A stretch of DNA of 64,000 nucleotides from Macrostomum hystrix. Lineage: Eukaryota; Animalia; Platyhelminthes. The first letter of the stretch is position 1. Each line of letters opens with the position of its first letter. Positions 22,101 through 33,800 of the stretch are shown in pieces. A model generated the notes under the pieces. That model saw only the letters and a program-made list of their open reading frames with translations. It made no database searches and had not been told where the DNA came from. The DNA lies in assembly GCA_950097015.1 (NCBI GenBank), contig CATNEN010000024.1, positions 1,426,001 through 1,490,000 of the forward strand. The letters run 5' to 3'. The position numbers and the translations under genes were made by a program.

Positions 22101-23164
22101 GCAAGACGCGAAACACTTGACAGTCGGATGAAGTTCACACTGAAGTACACGGCCGCACTGAAGGCCTTCACTGGCTCAGGTGACTCTCTCTCATCTCTGT
22201 TAGTTTATCGATTAAGCCGATTTAAAAGCATAATTAAGCTGGCCTTTCGTCACCGTGCACGCGAACAGACAAGTGCCCAGGATTTCTCTGCAAGGGCGCC
22301 GCTCAGTGTCGAGACTCCAGCCAGCTCAGCTGCGTCAGCATGCCCAGCTACTGCCTGCACAACAGTGCCAGGTGCAACGGAGTCCGCAGCTGCTCTGAGG
22401 CTGAGCTCACTGATGAGCAGGGCTGTGAGTGCCCGCCCCACCTTTCTTCCCTTCTCCCTTCTCTTCTTCCCTTCTCCCATCTCTTTCTTCCCTTCTCTCC
22501 TCTCTTTCTTCCCTTCTCCCCTCTCTTTCTTCCCTTCTCCCCTCTCTTTCTTCCCTTCTCCCCTCTCTTTCTTCCCTTCGCCCCTCTCTTTCTTCTCTGT
22601 CTCCCTTCTCTATCTCCCCCTTATCCGCTCTCTTCCTCTTCCTTCAGTCCTCATGGATCGCACCTTCAAGTGCTGCCTCCCACTGCAGGCATATCCAGTC
22701 AGACCGTGGCGGGCCTGACCGCAGGCCTGCTGTTCAGCGCAGTGGTGGTGGCAGTCACGGCCGCCCTCTCCTACGCCACCTATCGCAGTCGGCTGCAAGT
22801 GGCGGCAGTGGCTTCGGCATCAACGTCAGCAACGCCAGCTTCGGGATCTAGACGTCGTCAGACGGTTCGCATAGCCTCCTCCGACGTGACCTCGAATGGG
22901 ACGGGCGTTGGCAGTTCGAGCGCTGGCTCTGTGCCAATGCTAGCCGCGCCAGTCGGCAACGGCTGCGGCAACGGCAGAAGCGGCGTCGTTGGTTCGAATA
23001 TTCGGCCAATTCTGAAGCTGTCGAAGAGCCGCAGCCGGCCGGCCAGCCACCTGGACTATGTCCCGCTGTCCGTCCTGGGCAGTCGACGCACCGACAGGCT
23101 GAGTCCGGTACACTCCAAACTGCCCAGCCTACCCTCTGAGAGTGAGTTCGGCACGCAGCTCTGA
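13125..23164 (+). CDS. Type I membrane protein: signal peptide, 3 CUB, LDLa, TM and cytoplasmic tail with PDZ motif (Neto/SOL-2/LEV-10-like architecture)
   Basis: Exons: 13125-13209 (signal peptide; junction to exon 2 unresolved), ~14481-14719, 15096-15283, 16122-16302, 20271-20467, 21204-21437, 21822-21972, 22094-22179, 22269-22424 (LDLa: CPGFLC...[15 protein letters not shown]...DEQGC) and 22689-23164 ([26 protein letters not shown]; ends GTQL*). Splice phases match from exon 2 onward. CUB motifs LKSPNF, LSSPGY, DYLAI, RICG and GFRxxY are present. Confidence 0.85.
14751..14990. repeat. Minisatellite, 32-bp unit ccactgcccttcacactagcctgcactctcct, about 7 copies (CUB intron 2)
   Basis: Direct tandem repeats visible. 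Confidence 0.9.
15625..16065. repeat. Minisatellite, 15-bp unit ctgaatagtgtcaga, about 29 copies (CUB intron 3)
   Basis: Near-perfect tandem array. Confidence 0.95.
16325..16650. repeat. Minisatellite, 33-bp unit built from three 11-bp subunits (gtgagactgga / ttgagacttag / gtgagacttga)
   Basis: Higher-order tandem repeat starting just after the exon 4 donor. Confidence 0.9.
17931..19235. repeat. Minisatellite, 16-bp unit gcagtgagattttgaa, about 80 variant copies
   Basis: Tandem array with variant units. Confidence 0.95.
19710..20222. repeat. Minisatellite, 17-18-bp unit caggggYgccactacca, about 29 copies
   Basis: Tandem array ending about 50 nt before the exon 5 acceptor. Confidence 0.9.
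20655..20808 (-). mobile_element. tRNA-headed SINE
   Basis: The minus strand has an A-box-like GGTTGCCTAGTTGTTAG, a B-box GGTTCGATTCC and a body ending cacccagctgttaaatggatacc. This body resembles the conserved central domain of widespread invertebrate SINEs. Confidence 0.65.
21438..21725. repeat. Minisatellite, about 21-bp unit gtgagtgcctcacctgtgtgt, starting exactly at the exon 6 donor
   Basis: The first unit begins with the GTGAGT donor at 21438. Confidence 0.9.
22440..22620. repeat. CT-rich 21-bp tandem repeat (CUB intron 9)
   Basis: ttcccttctcccctctctttc units. Confidence 0.8.
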
Positions 23165-23176
23165 GCACTCGACGAG

Positions 23177-23646
23177 TGGAGAGTGACGCGGAGAGTGACG
23201 CGGAGAGTGACGCGGAGAGTGACGCGGAGAGTGACGCGGAGAGTGACGCGGAGAGTGACGCGGAGAGTGACGCGGAGAGTGACGCGGAGAGTGACGCGGA
23301 GAGTGACGCGGAGAGTGACGCGGAGAGTGACGCGGAGAGTGACGCGGAGAGTGACGCGGAGAGTGACGCGGAGAGTGACGCGGAGAGTGACGCGGAGAGT
23401 GACGCGGAGAGTGACGCGGAGAGTGACGCGGAGAGTGACGCGGAGAGTGACGCGGAGAGTGACGCGGAGAGTGACGCGGAGAGTGACGCGGAGAGTGACG
23501 CGGAGAGTGACGCGGAGAGTGACGCGGAGAGTGACGCGGAGAGTGACGCGGAGAGTGACGCGGAGAGTGACGCGGAGAGTGACGCGGAGAGTGACGCGGA
23601 GAGTGACGCGGAGAGTGACGCGGAGAGTGACGCGGAGAGTGACAGA
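23177..23646. repeat. Minisatellite, 12-bp unit ggagagtgacgc, about 39 perfect copies, directly after the CUB stop codon
   Basis: Perfect tandem array. Confidence 0.95.
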
Positions 23647-24077
23647 GATGCCAAAGTGCCTTTTGCACCAGTCCTGTAAGTTCTCAATAGACTCAAAAGG
23701 CGACTTTTGAGTCGCACAAAGCAACACAACCACAGAAGGTAAGCGTTGATATAATTAAACTGTGATTTGTGTACCTGTTCTGTTTCTACCAGTTCCATAT
23801 TTTCATCTTTCGTGACACCCCATTAAACATTAACAGTGCGCCTGATATGCAAAGTTCGAACTAATTCGAAATATATATTTCCCAAATATGCTAATTTTCT
23901 ATGCTATTCCAGCCCTGTTTTGCTGTTCAATAATTTATTGAATATATTATCCAGCGAACGCGCAGCTTATCTTAATGGCTATGACCAAAATATCTTTTAA
24001 TACAAATTTTATCTTTTGGTGTGTCTATAGTGTTTTATAATGACGGATGAGTGACTGTAGCTTGAGTGTGTGATTTA

Positions 24078-24990
24078 TATGTGATGTATGAGTGAGTGAT
24101 GTATGAGTGAGTGATGGATGAGTGAGTGATGGATGAGTGAGTGATGTATGAGTGAGTGATGGATGAGTGAGTGATGGATGAGTGAGTGATGGATGAGTGA
24201 GTGATGGATGAGTGAGTGATGTATGAGTGAGTGATGGATGAGTGAGTGATGTATGAGTGAGTGATGTATGAGTGAGTGATGTATGAGTGAGTGATGGATG
24301 AGTGAGTGATGTATGAGTGAGTGATGTATGAGTGAGTGATGTATGAGTGAGTGATGTATGAGTGAGTGATGTATGAGTGAGTGATGGATGAGTGAGTGAT
24401 GTATGAGTGAGTGATGGATGAGTGAGTGATGTATGAGTGAGTGATGGATGAGTGAGTGATGTATGAGTGAGTGATGTATGAGTGAGTGATGTATGAGTGA
24501 GTGATGGATGAGTGAGTGATGTATGAGTGAGTGATGGATGAGTGAGTGATGTATGAGTGAGTGATGGATGAGTGAGTGATGTATGAGTGAGTGATGTATG
24601 AGTGAGTGATGGATGAGTGAGTGATGGATGAGTGAGTGATGTATGAGTGAGTGATGGATGAGTGAGTGATGTGTGAGTGAGTGATGTATGAGTGAGTGAT
24701 GGTCATGGATGAGTGATTGATGGTCATGGATGAGTGAGTGATGGTCATGGATGAGTGAGTGATGGTCATGGATGAGTGAGTGATGGTCATGGATGAGTGA
24801 TTGATGGTCATGGATGAGTGATTGATGGTCATGGATGAGTGATTGATGGTCATGGATGAGTGAGTGATGGTCATGGATGAGTGATTGATGGTCATGGATG
24901 AGTGAGTGATGGTCATGGATGAGTGATTGATGGTCATGGATGAGTGAGTGATGGTCATGGATGAGTGATTGATGGTCATGGATGAGTTAG
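24078..24990. repeat. Compound minisatellite: 15-bp agtgagtgatg(g/t)atg array merging into a 21-bp gatggtcatggatgagtga(g/t)t array
   Basis: The 21-bp unit is the 15-bp unit plus a 6-bp insert. Confidence 0.95.
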
Positions 24991-25373
24991 TGAATATGCA
25001 TTTTAGCGCCAAGGAAAAACTAAGCTTCTAACAGGCTTGTAAAGAATTTGGTAAAAGATAAAGGTTTTTTTATGAAATGCATTTAGTGTGAATAAGGTAG
25101 CGTGAATATTTAATTAATCACATGTGAAGTATAATTACTGTGACCACTAATGAATCATGTATTAAAATTAGCTCTTTAGTTTCACCTGTCTAGGATGGTT
25201 TAATAATTTATTGCGTCCAAATAGTTTATATCAATAAATGAGTGTGCTTGATGAGTGCCCAATCAGTCCACTGAATTATTCATCATTGAAACTGTACAAT
25301 AATCCTGCCAAGACTACTGCACACTGGAGCGATTCTCCGGTGCTGTTTCTAGTTGAATGAGCAACTCGATTAG

Positions 25374-25646
25374 TCCATGATCTGCAATCTTTGCATTACC
25401 AATCAGTCCATGATCTGCAATCTTTGCATTATCAATCAGTCCATGATCTGCAATCTTTGCATTATCAATCAGTCCATGATCTGCAATATTTGCATTATCA
25501 ATCAGTCCATGATCTGCAATATTTGCATTATCAATCAGTCCATGATCTGCAATCTTTGCATTATCAATCAGTCCATGATCTGCAATCTTTGCATTATCAA
25601 TCAGTCCATGATATGCAATCTTTGCATTATCAATCAGTCCATGATC
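25374..25646. repeat. Minisatellite, 33-bp unit tccatgatctgcaatctttgcattatcaatcag, about 8 copies
   Basis: Tandem array. Confidence 0.9.
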
Positions 25647-26046
25647 TAGAATATTTGAATTTAATTTACCAATCTCTTCAGCCTATACATATTAATAAAG
25701 CTCATAAAAACTGGAAATGAGTTTTTAAAGTGAAGTTCCTATTCTTGATCGTTTTAGGTAATAAAACAAAGTCAAATAGATATAAACTCGACGCATGCTA
25801 CTTCTAGTATAATGGAACGAGTAGCATTCTTGTAAAATGTACCATTTGAATTATAAATAAAATTTTATCACTAAAAATAGTTCATAAACTAAAAAAATGT
25901 TGATTTATGCATCTGTGCAGGCTTTCTCCTGTACATTTAACCGCAGATGACTTGCTAGTTAACAGGTGAAGCGACACGTAGGCAAGGTAGCATTGTAACA
26001 AACCCGACCAACAGGACAGAGCTCCAGAGTCTACTCAAACTTGTTC

Positions 26047-28337
26047 TCAGTTCTGCGGCTTGGCCTCAGTCCTCGCGGGCAGGGGTGAGCACAGCTGCTC
26101 AGCCAGGCAGTTTCTGTAGTGCAGGTCGAACTGCGCCAGCCCGGCAGAAGCCAGCGACTCAACTGACGGTGTTCGCGACAGCTCCGGCTGCTCAGGCGCA
26201 ATGGTCGGCTGGTCCCGCCGCTGACGACGCTGCTGCTGACGCTGTCGGAGTCTTCGGCGACGGGCCAGCAGGACTAGGAGGGTGACGGCCACTGCGGCCA
26301 CAAGCAGGCCCAGCGAGACGGTGGTGACTCCGGTCACCAGAATGACCGCGTCGCTGGAGAAACTCGACCGGCTGATCGGGAGCCGGGCAGCCGGGCGACG
26401 CTGGTGATGAAGCAGCAGCTGAGAAAGCGCTGCAGTAACGGCTGCCTGTCCACCGTGTGGCAGAGTGACCGCTGCGGAGCTGGCCCGATCTGCGGCTGCA
26501 GTAGTCGGTGCGGCGGAGGCTTTCAGTGGGTTTGACAAGTCTGTCGCTGACGTTGGCGATGTTATAGCACCGGTGGCAACTGCAGGGATTGGCAGTCTCG
26601 TAGGCGCCCGGCCGCCTGCAGGTGGGCATCGGAAATCCAGAGGAGTGACGCATGAAATAAGAAAAACTTATGTTAACCAAGATCATGATGATCGTGACGA
26701 ATGTTTTTAATAGTCAATATGATGGGCGTGGGGTTACAGGTGTGATTACCCTGGGGTTACAGGTGTGATGACCCTGGGGTTACAGGTGTGATGACCCTGG
26801 GGTTACAGGTGTGATGACCCTGGGGTTACAGGTGTGATGACCCTGGGGTTACAGGTGTGCTAGTGGCTCACCAGCAGCAGGCGGCAGGGTGGGCAGCCTC
26901 TCTGCCAAATTGCTGTTGCACCAGGAGCCGGAGCAGCACAGCAGGAAGGCTCCGTCAGAGTCAGTCGCCGGCCAAGTCCGCAATCGGCATGCGACTTCCT
27001 CGACAGCGTCCATGACACAGCCCTTCTCCAACGGCTCAAGCGAGCCGCCATTGAACAGCTTCAACCGGCTGTAGCAGAGCCGGGGAGATCGGCAGATGTC
27101 TGCGCCGGCGGCGATGCAGTCGGCGGTTGTGCAGGCGCAGGTCACGGGTTCGAGTCCTGGTGATGCAATAAGAAAAATGGAGTAAATACCTTTGTTAGAT
27201 AGCATACGAGCGTAGAGAGAAGATGGGCAGGTTGCACCCAAGTGCTTAAAGCTTCGTGCTTCTGACTGAACGGTCGGGAGTTCGAATCACAGCAGCCTTA
27301 AAGAAATAATGTGTCCTTGAGCAAAAAACTAATTTTCCAATTGATTCAGTTTATCCAGCTGTATTTATCACTGTATCAATGTATCAATGCCTCAATCTAT
27401 GGAACTAAACATGGAAATACCCTGAGAAGTATAGATTAGAAAGGAGAGTTGAAGAGAAAGAGAGAGAAATAAATATCGGCATCGCGAAAGAAGCGAGAGA
27501 AACTCAAGAAGAAACTACGCCGACTTCTCATTCCCTACTCTCACAGGGCCGCGAGAGTCAGCCCACCCGCCCGCGCTTCTTCTGGCCTTCCGCTCAGCGG
27601 ATGAGGCCGCGGCCTCCGCCGCCGCTTTCTGGCCGAGCCCCTTCAGCGTCCTGCTTGTGCCTTCTTCCCTTTCTTTAGTTGGGAGGCCTAAATGCCGCAG
27701 AAGTCTCTTGGCTATAATGCAACTCAATTCAAAGCAGCAGAGTCTCAACTCTCAGAAAGGAGAGAGGCGAGAGAGAGGACCGATGCAGTTCAGTTCACTC
27801 CAGGCCCTTTATACCCAGTCCGCAGGTGTAAGCCACGGATTCCAGCCTCTGTCACTCAGCCCGGATTAATTCGGCAGTCAAAACCTAAAAATTGTCCGCT
27901 TGATTATAATCACGGAGCATAGTCAGCAGAGCATGCATAGAAGGAGCAGGAACCAGACGATATGCTCTCTTGACACCCCGTCTACACAGTTCCGTGTTAT
28001 GCAGTTTTGTCACTGGCCCAGGAAACTGTTTTCTGGCCGGTTGCACCTGGGCCAGGTAGCTGGGGGAGGGGGTAAGGAAATCTCCACGCGGTCCATCTGC
28101 TAGCTGACGGAAACTGAGGCGCTGCTGTTCAGTTCACACTCAAACTAAACTCTGACAGCTGACTTTCGTGACTTCAAAGTCTTGAAGTATTAAACACTTA
28201 CCGAGCCCTGCAGATGAGCTGCTGTCAATGCAAACTGCCGCACAGATTATGCCAACGATGATTAGCAGGTGTAGCGAGTTGGTGGAATAGTAGTTTGAGA
28301 CTGGCAGAACTGACTTCATGCTGGATACTGCCGCCAT
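26047..28337 (-). CDS. BAMBI: BAMBI-like TGF-beta type I pseudoreceptor (no kinase domain)
   Basis: Exons 28337-28202 (signal peptide), 27156-26872 and 26615-26047, joined by phase-1 introns. The ectodomain VTCACTTADCIAAG-DICRS-RLCYSRL...PLEKGC...LLCCSGSWCN follows the BAMBI Cys pattern (CxCxxxxC[VI]AxG, CxS, C[FY]SRL, PLxxGC, CCxxxxCN). It is followed by one TM, a basic stop-transfer run and a short tail. Confidence 0.8.
26729..26858. repeat. Minisatellite, 23-bp unit ggggttacaggtgtgatgaccct, about 5.5 copies (BAMBI intron 2)
   Basis: Begins about 12 nt after the donor on the minus strand. Confidence 0.9.
27240..27365 (+). mobile_element. tRNA-headed SINE fragment
   Basis: B-box GGGAGTTCGAATC, then gtgtccttgagcaa...ttcagtttatccagctgta, which is related to the other SINE copies. 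Confidence 0.55.
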
Positions 28338-28871
28338 GCTGGATGATGAAGCTGAGAATGCAGGCCTTTCTTATTAACCCGCTCTCCAGCTCTTTTCTTC
28401 TCTGATCTGTTCCGCCGGGACACACAATCGTTATCAACCTGTCTCAGGCGGCTACGCAATAAATCTTGTTAATTGCTAATTGTGCCTGGTCTGACATTGG
28501 CCTTTGACTTTCCCTACGTATAGCTCTCTTTTCGTCTGAAAAGATGAATCAAATAATGCCACAATTGGCCAGATCTGATCTGCCATTGCTTCCAGGCATT
28601 TTCTAATTTTAAATGCAAGAACCTTTCAGTGACAGGGTCTGAGAGCCCATTGGCTGGTCACATAATCTCAGTCAGCGCACTTGAAAGCCATGCAGAAAAA
28701 GCAATGCAATGCAGCGCAGCAAATCAATGCTGCATGCAGCTAGCCAATTAAAGAGATTCATCTAAAGTTGAGCACACTAATTATACTGAGTAAGCTCTAT
28801 AAATCATGAAGTTTGAAAAACACTTAATCAATCATAGGCTTGCTAAAAAATTACATTTTGTATCCATATTG

Positions 28872-29317
28872 GATGACCATCTGTTGGGGTGGTAGACTCA
28901 CTGAATTACTATCTGTTGGGGTGGTAGACTCACTGAATTACCATCTGTTGGGGTGGTAGACATACTCAATGACCATCTGTTGGGGTGGTAGACTCACTGA
29001 ATGACCATCTGTTGGGGTGGTAGACTCACTGAATGACCATCTGTTGGGGTGGTAGACTCACTGAATGACCATCTGTTGGGGTGGTAGACTCACTGAATGA
29101 CCATCTGTTGGGGTGGTAGACTCACTGAATGACCATCTGTTGGGGTGGTAGACATACTCAATGACCATCTGTTGGGGTGGTAGACATACTCAATGACCAT
29201 ATGTTGGGGTGGTAGACTCACTGAACGACCATCTGTTGGGGTGGTAGACTCACTGAATGACCATCTGTTGGGGTGGTAGACTCACTGAATGACCATCTGT
29301 TGGGGTGGTAGACTCAC
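28872..29317. repeat. Minisatellite, 32-bp unit gaatgaccatctgttggggtggtagactcact, about 14 copies
   Basis: Tandem array. Confidence 0.9.
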
Positions 29318-30820
29318 AGAAATAGATTTGGCCTTTGGCATTTGTCACAGAATTGTCAAGAGATTTCGATTTACTTTACACTTTGAACAGGAAGACTTGT
29401 TTTCAGCAGAAATACCTTGTCACTCAAGCGAGTTGTATTTTTGTGAGTGGCCTTCGTTGGCCATAGACAAGTCAGGTAAACTCTAGTTCAGATGTACTTT
29501 TCGTGAAAATTTGCATGTCCCTTATTGCATCAAGCATCTAACCAATCCTATTCTCTTTCTACAGTCTACACCCCGGCCCCCTGTCGTCTGCCTGCTCCGT
29601 CCACGTTTTCTATTATCGATTTTCCGCGTCGCGCTAACCCCTTAGTCTGGCCCAGCCCTCTCCATTCTCTATCCCCTTTACAAATCGATAGCTGTTAACC
29701 CTCCTCAGGGTTTTCACACCCTCCTTTTCTCTCCGCTGTCCCTTTATCTCATGCTTGCGTTATAGAATAAACAAAGGCTCCTGTCTAGGCTTATGTTGTT
29801 TTAGGAGCCGTACGTACTGTACGGAGGCGTTTCACACAGCCGAAATTTCAAGTCGAACCACACTATCTTTCTTAGCATCGAAATTTCACAACGCCGAAAT
29901 ATCAAAATATCAACGCCTGAACGTCGAATTGCTATATAGTGATAGCAGAAAAATCACAAATTCTGAAACTCTTGATCTGCAATCTTTCCGTACGATTCGA
30001 CGTAGTGAATTAGTCGTACAGCTTTCGTAAAATAATTTGAGCTCCTATCTCGCCAGTGTAAATAACAGCACATTAGTTTAAACTTAACATTCTGTTTAGT
30101 TAACATAAACGTAAGCTTTATAGAACGGGTAATTAGTAATTTTCGTGTTGTCCTCTTTGATTTACATTCAATTCGTCCAGTCATTTATATTACAATACCT
30201 TAAAGGATACTAGCGCTAACTTGCTCAACGAGAACCTCAAGTACCCCGCCAGTCGGTTATATCAGAGCCGTGGATTTCAGCCACGTCCTGTCACGCTCCG
30301 TCATTTGATTGAACATTTTATCGACGCCGACTTTTAGAAACTTTGCGTAGCTAGGCGAGACTAAAAAACCGGACATTGTAAAATGAGTACCATCAGTGGG
30401 ACACTTAACTGGGACACTTTAGCGGTACTTTGTGAATTAAGTAAAATACTGCCGGACTTTTTAGTGCATTTCATACTCTTGTTAAGTGTAAAATTACATC
30501 CATTTTTTGCTTTTCTTCTACGTCTTGGCTAAAAATAGATTTGTCTAGATACTACGGATGCAACATGACAGTACCGCCTAGATTAGTAATACAACTGACA
30601 GTCTAGATTTGTATTACTGCATACACGGATAGTAAGTAGTACATTTTTCGGATCAGTCTTGGCATTCTTATAAAAAGAATTTCAGAGACTAATAACTAGA
30701 ATATCTACTGCAAGTAGCGAGGTGCGCCAGAAAAACTAGTTTCTTAATTTTCATTTGCAACTGTTGTAACAGTCGTCAGTCGTCATTGAGCTCTGAGCTC
30801 CTCGGCAGTCAGTAGGAGAG

Positions 30821-33800
30821 CTAGAACAGAACAAAGTCCAGCGGCTCCCTGTTCAGGTAGGAGGTCCAGAAAAACTCTAACAGCAGGATGAGCAGGCCAA
30901 TCAGGTACAGAACTGCCGGCACCAGGCAGGACCCGCCGATGCCCTCCAGGCTGATTGGATCGGCCTCGGCTGTGAGCTTGGCGCTTGAGCACTCGGAGCT
31001 GCTGGTTGGGAAGTACTTCAGGCGCAGCATGTCCACCAGGCCATTCTCCTTGGCGCGGCGGATGCTACAGTGTTTTTTAGGGGCGGGAATTAGCTCGATC
31101 CACCCGGTTTGAAGTTTATGCCTCAGCTGATTTTATAGCTAAGCTGATCAACTGGGCTATTGTGAGTAAGTAGATCTGAGTCAACTTAACTTCCGAGTGT
31201 TAATATACGAGTAGATCACGCTATTTTCCCCTGGGGAAAGACCTCGGAGTATTTCAAAATACCCACTTCCTACTTCACGATAGCTCCCAAACAGAATGAC
31301 TGAGTTTCGTGAAAGCCCACTGCGCTTTCACTTTTCACTTTTATAGTGAAACAATGTTAGTTGAAAAAAGAAAAAGTAAAAATTTAATTAATCCATAATA
31401 GTTTAAAATAGTCGCTGACATGGCTACATGATGACATTTTGTGAGCAGAAAAAATATGCCTATATTTGTGATTCTTGCCACCAGACACCCGATAAGAATC
31501 GGTGAATATCTCGACGATGCCAATGTTTTGTGATTCTGGAACTTATTTCGTAGAATAAAAGCACCAAATTTTATACCGCTTAGAAAATTAGAAAATTTTA
31601 TTAGTTCTGGATTTTTTGGCGATTGGTTAAATATTAGGGGAGTTATAGAAAATAAATATGTAATATGCAATATGCACATCGTAATTTGTAAAAGACTGTA
31701 AAAAACTCACACAAATTTCATTGGATCAGCATAGAATGCGTCCTTGGGAATAGTCCAGGCCAGATAGTAGAAGTTGAAATACTCTTTAGCCACGTATACT
31801 TGATTGCAGTACTGGGCAGCAAAGTATAAATTGGACATCTGGTCAGCGATGCAAACTGTGTACGGATTCGATGCCGCCAGGAGCTGAGGATGAGTCAAAG
31901 TTTTTCAGATAGGAAGAGAACGATCTATGATAGGGCGTCAAGGTCAGTGAGGGAGATTCAAGATCGGTCAGGGAGTGTCAAAGCCAGTGCGAGAGGGTCA
32001 AGGTCAGTGAGAGATCATCAAGGTCAGTGAGAGACCATCAAGGTCAGTCAAGGTCAGTGAGACATCAAGGTCAGTGAGAGACCATCAAGGTCAGTCAAGG
32101 TCAGTGAGACATCAAGGTCAGTGAGAGACCATCAAGGTCAGTCAAGGTCAGTGAGAGACCATCAAGGTCAGTCAAGGTCAGTGAGAGACCATCAAGGTCA
32201 GTCAAGGTCAGTGAGAGACCATCAAGGTCAGTCAAGGTCAGTGAGAGACCATCAAGGTCAGTCAAGGTCAGTGAGAGACCATCAAGGTCAGTCAAGGTCA
32301 GTGAGAGACCAAGGTCAATAAAGAGGCGTCAAAGTCCGAGCGACAAGGCCGGTGAGGGAGCGTTAATATTAGTGCGGGAGTGTCAAGGTCAGTGAGGTTC
32401 TCGCAAACGAGGTCACGAGAAATATCATTGCCAACAAGTCTAACCTTCCTGGCGCAGTCCTCATGCGACTGCACCAACACGGACATGGACTTCAGCTGGA
32501 ACATTGGTCCTGAGGTGGCCAGGTCGATGGCAGTCTGAATGTTGGTGCCCCTCGGTACCAGAGCTGTGTACTGTGGCACGGCGACCAGGTCGTCCAGTGT
32601 CTGTATGGGCAGCTTGGTGAAAGAAATGGTCAGGTGAGCGACCAGATCGCCGGTGTAGGCGCCGAAGATGATCACGGTGAACATCCACCAGAATGCAAGC
32701 ACAGTTCTGGGCGACATTGCGAATGGGTAAAAATCCTGTCCTTGCTGCAGAAAGCTGCCAACGGTCGACCAAAGATACTCCTTGTACCAGACCTCGTCAG
32801 CGAATGCGAAGCTCATGCTGAGGTTATAGGCGGAGAATGGACTGAACACGGCTAGCAGGTAGATGATGAGGGGCACGACGAACAGGAAGGCTGCCAACAG
32901 CAGCCAAACCTCTGGTGTCATCGGAGTGAACACATTCCAGATCTTGCTGGCGGGCGGCGGTATTCTGACCAGGATGTTGTTGGATGAGTACAGGTAGTCG
33001 TCCAGGTAGTCCACGACAGCGTAGCGGACGTTCGTTATCGCAAATAGCATCGCCAGATCTGCTTTCTTTCTTGTGGTCGAGTTGAAGCAGCGTTTATTAG
33101 TGTTTTGTCAAACCACTTGACCGAGTTTTAACTATTTGATTATCATGATAACTAAGCTGGACTTAACTTTGGTATTGAAACGAGGTGGTGAGTGTCAGAG
33201 CGGTCTCGCGTCCGACTTTCGCACAAAGGTCTCTGAGCTCGAATCCAAAGCCAGGCCACATGAACTTATGGAGAAGGCTTAGGTGCTTGCCCTGAACCTT
33301 ACGCCTATGAGGGCCTATGCCCATCTTGCCACAGTGAGAGTGTACAGGATGAGATGACGATGTTGACAATAAGGAAGTCAGGGCAGATGAACGCACCCTG
33401 TGTGATTTTGTGCCTGTGTGTCCTCAGGGACTAGCTGAAGGGCAGAATTGCCTCCTCACCAAAATCATGCGTATCAGTGCAAACAGACCACCTACAAATG
33501 CTATTAGGCTCGTAAATAAAATTATTTTTCGAGTAATTTTGCGACCTAGCTCTAGACCTAGCAATCGCTTTACGAGAGCTCTTAGTAAGAAAAATGATCG
33601 ATACTTTGAACTGATAAGAAGTAAGTAGGGTGTGACGGCTAATGACAAAGACCGGCAGTGTGTATTTCGAACAAAACAAGGACAGATTATCGGCGTTAAA
33701 AAAGGTGACAGGAAAATATTATTCCGAGAAAAAAACGAAAAGGCTCAAGCATAAAAAATAATCTCACCCCCTTCTGCAGCTCGCCAATGCAGCCAGAGAA

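Noticed and set aside
15593-25720. Long repetitive ORFs (LNSVR, ESDA/SLSA/VTLR/HSPR, ITHSS, MICNLCIINQS, GATTTG and similar)
   Set aside because: They are translations of stop-free minisatellite units, open in several frames and on both strands, and lie in introns or UTRs.
30300-30720. Short internal repeats (tgggacactt x2) suggesting a degraded transposon downstream of iGluR-A
   Set aside because: No TIR, TSD or coding remnant could be delimited by eye.
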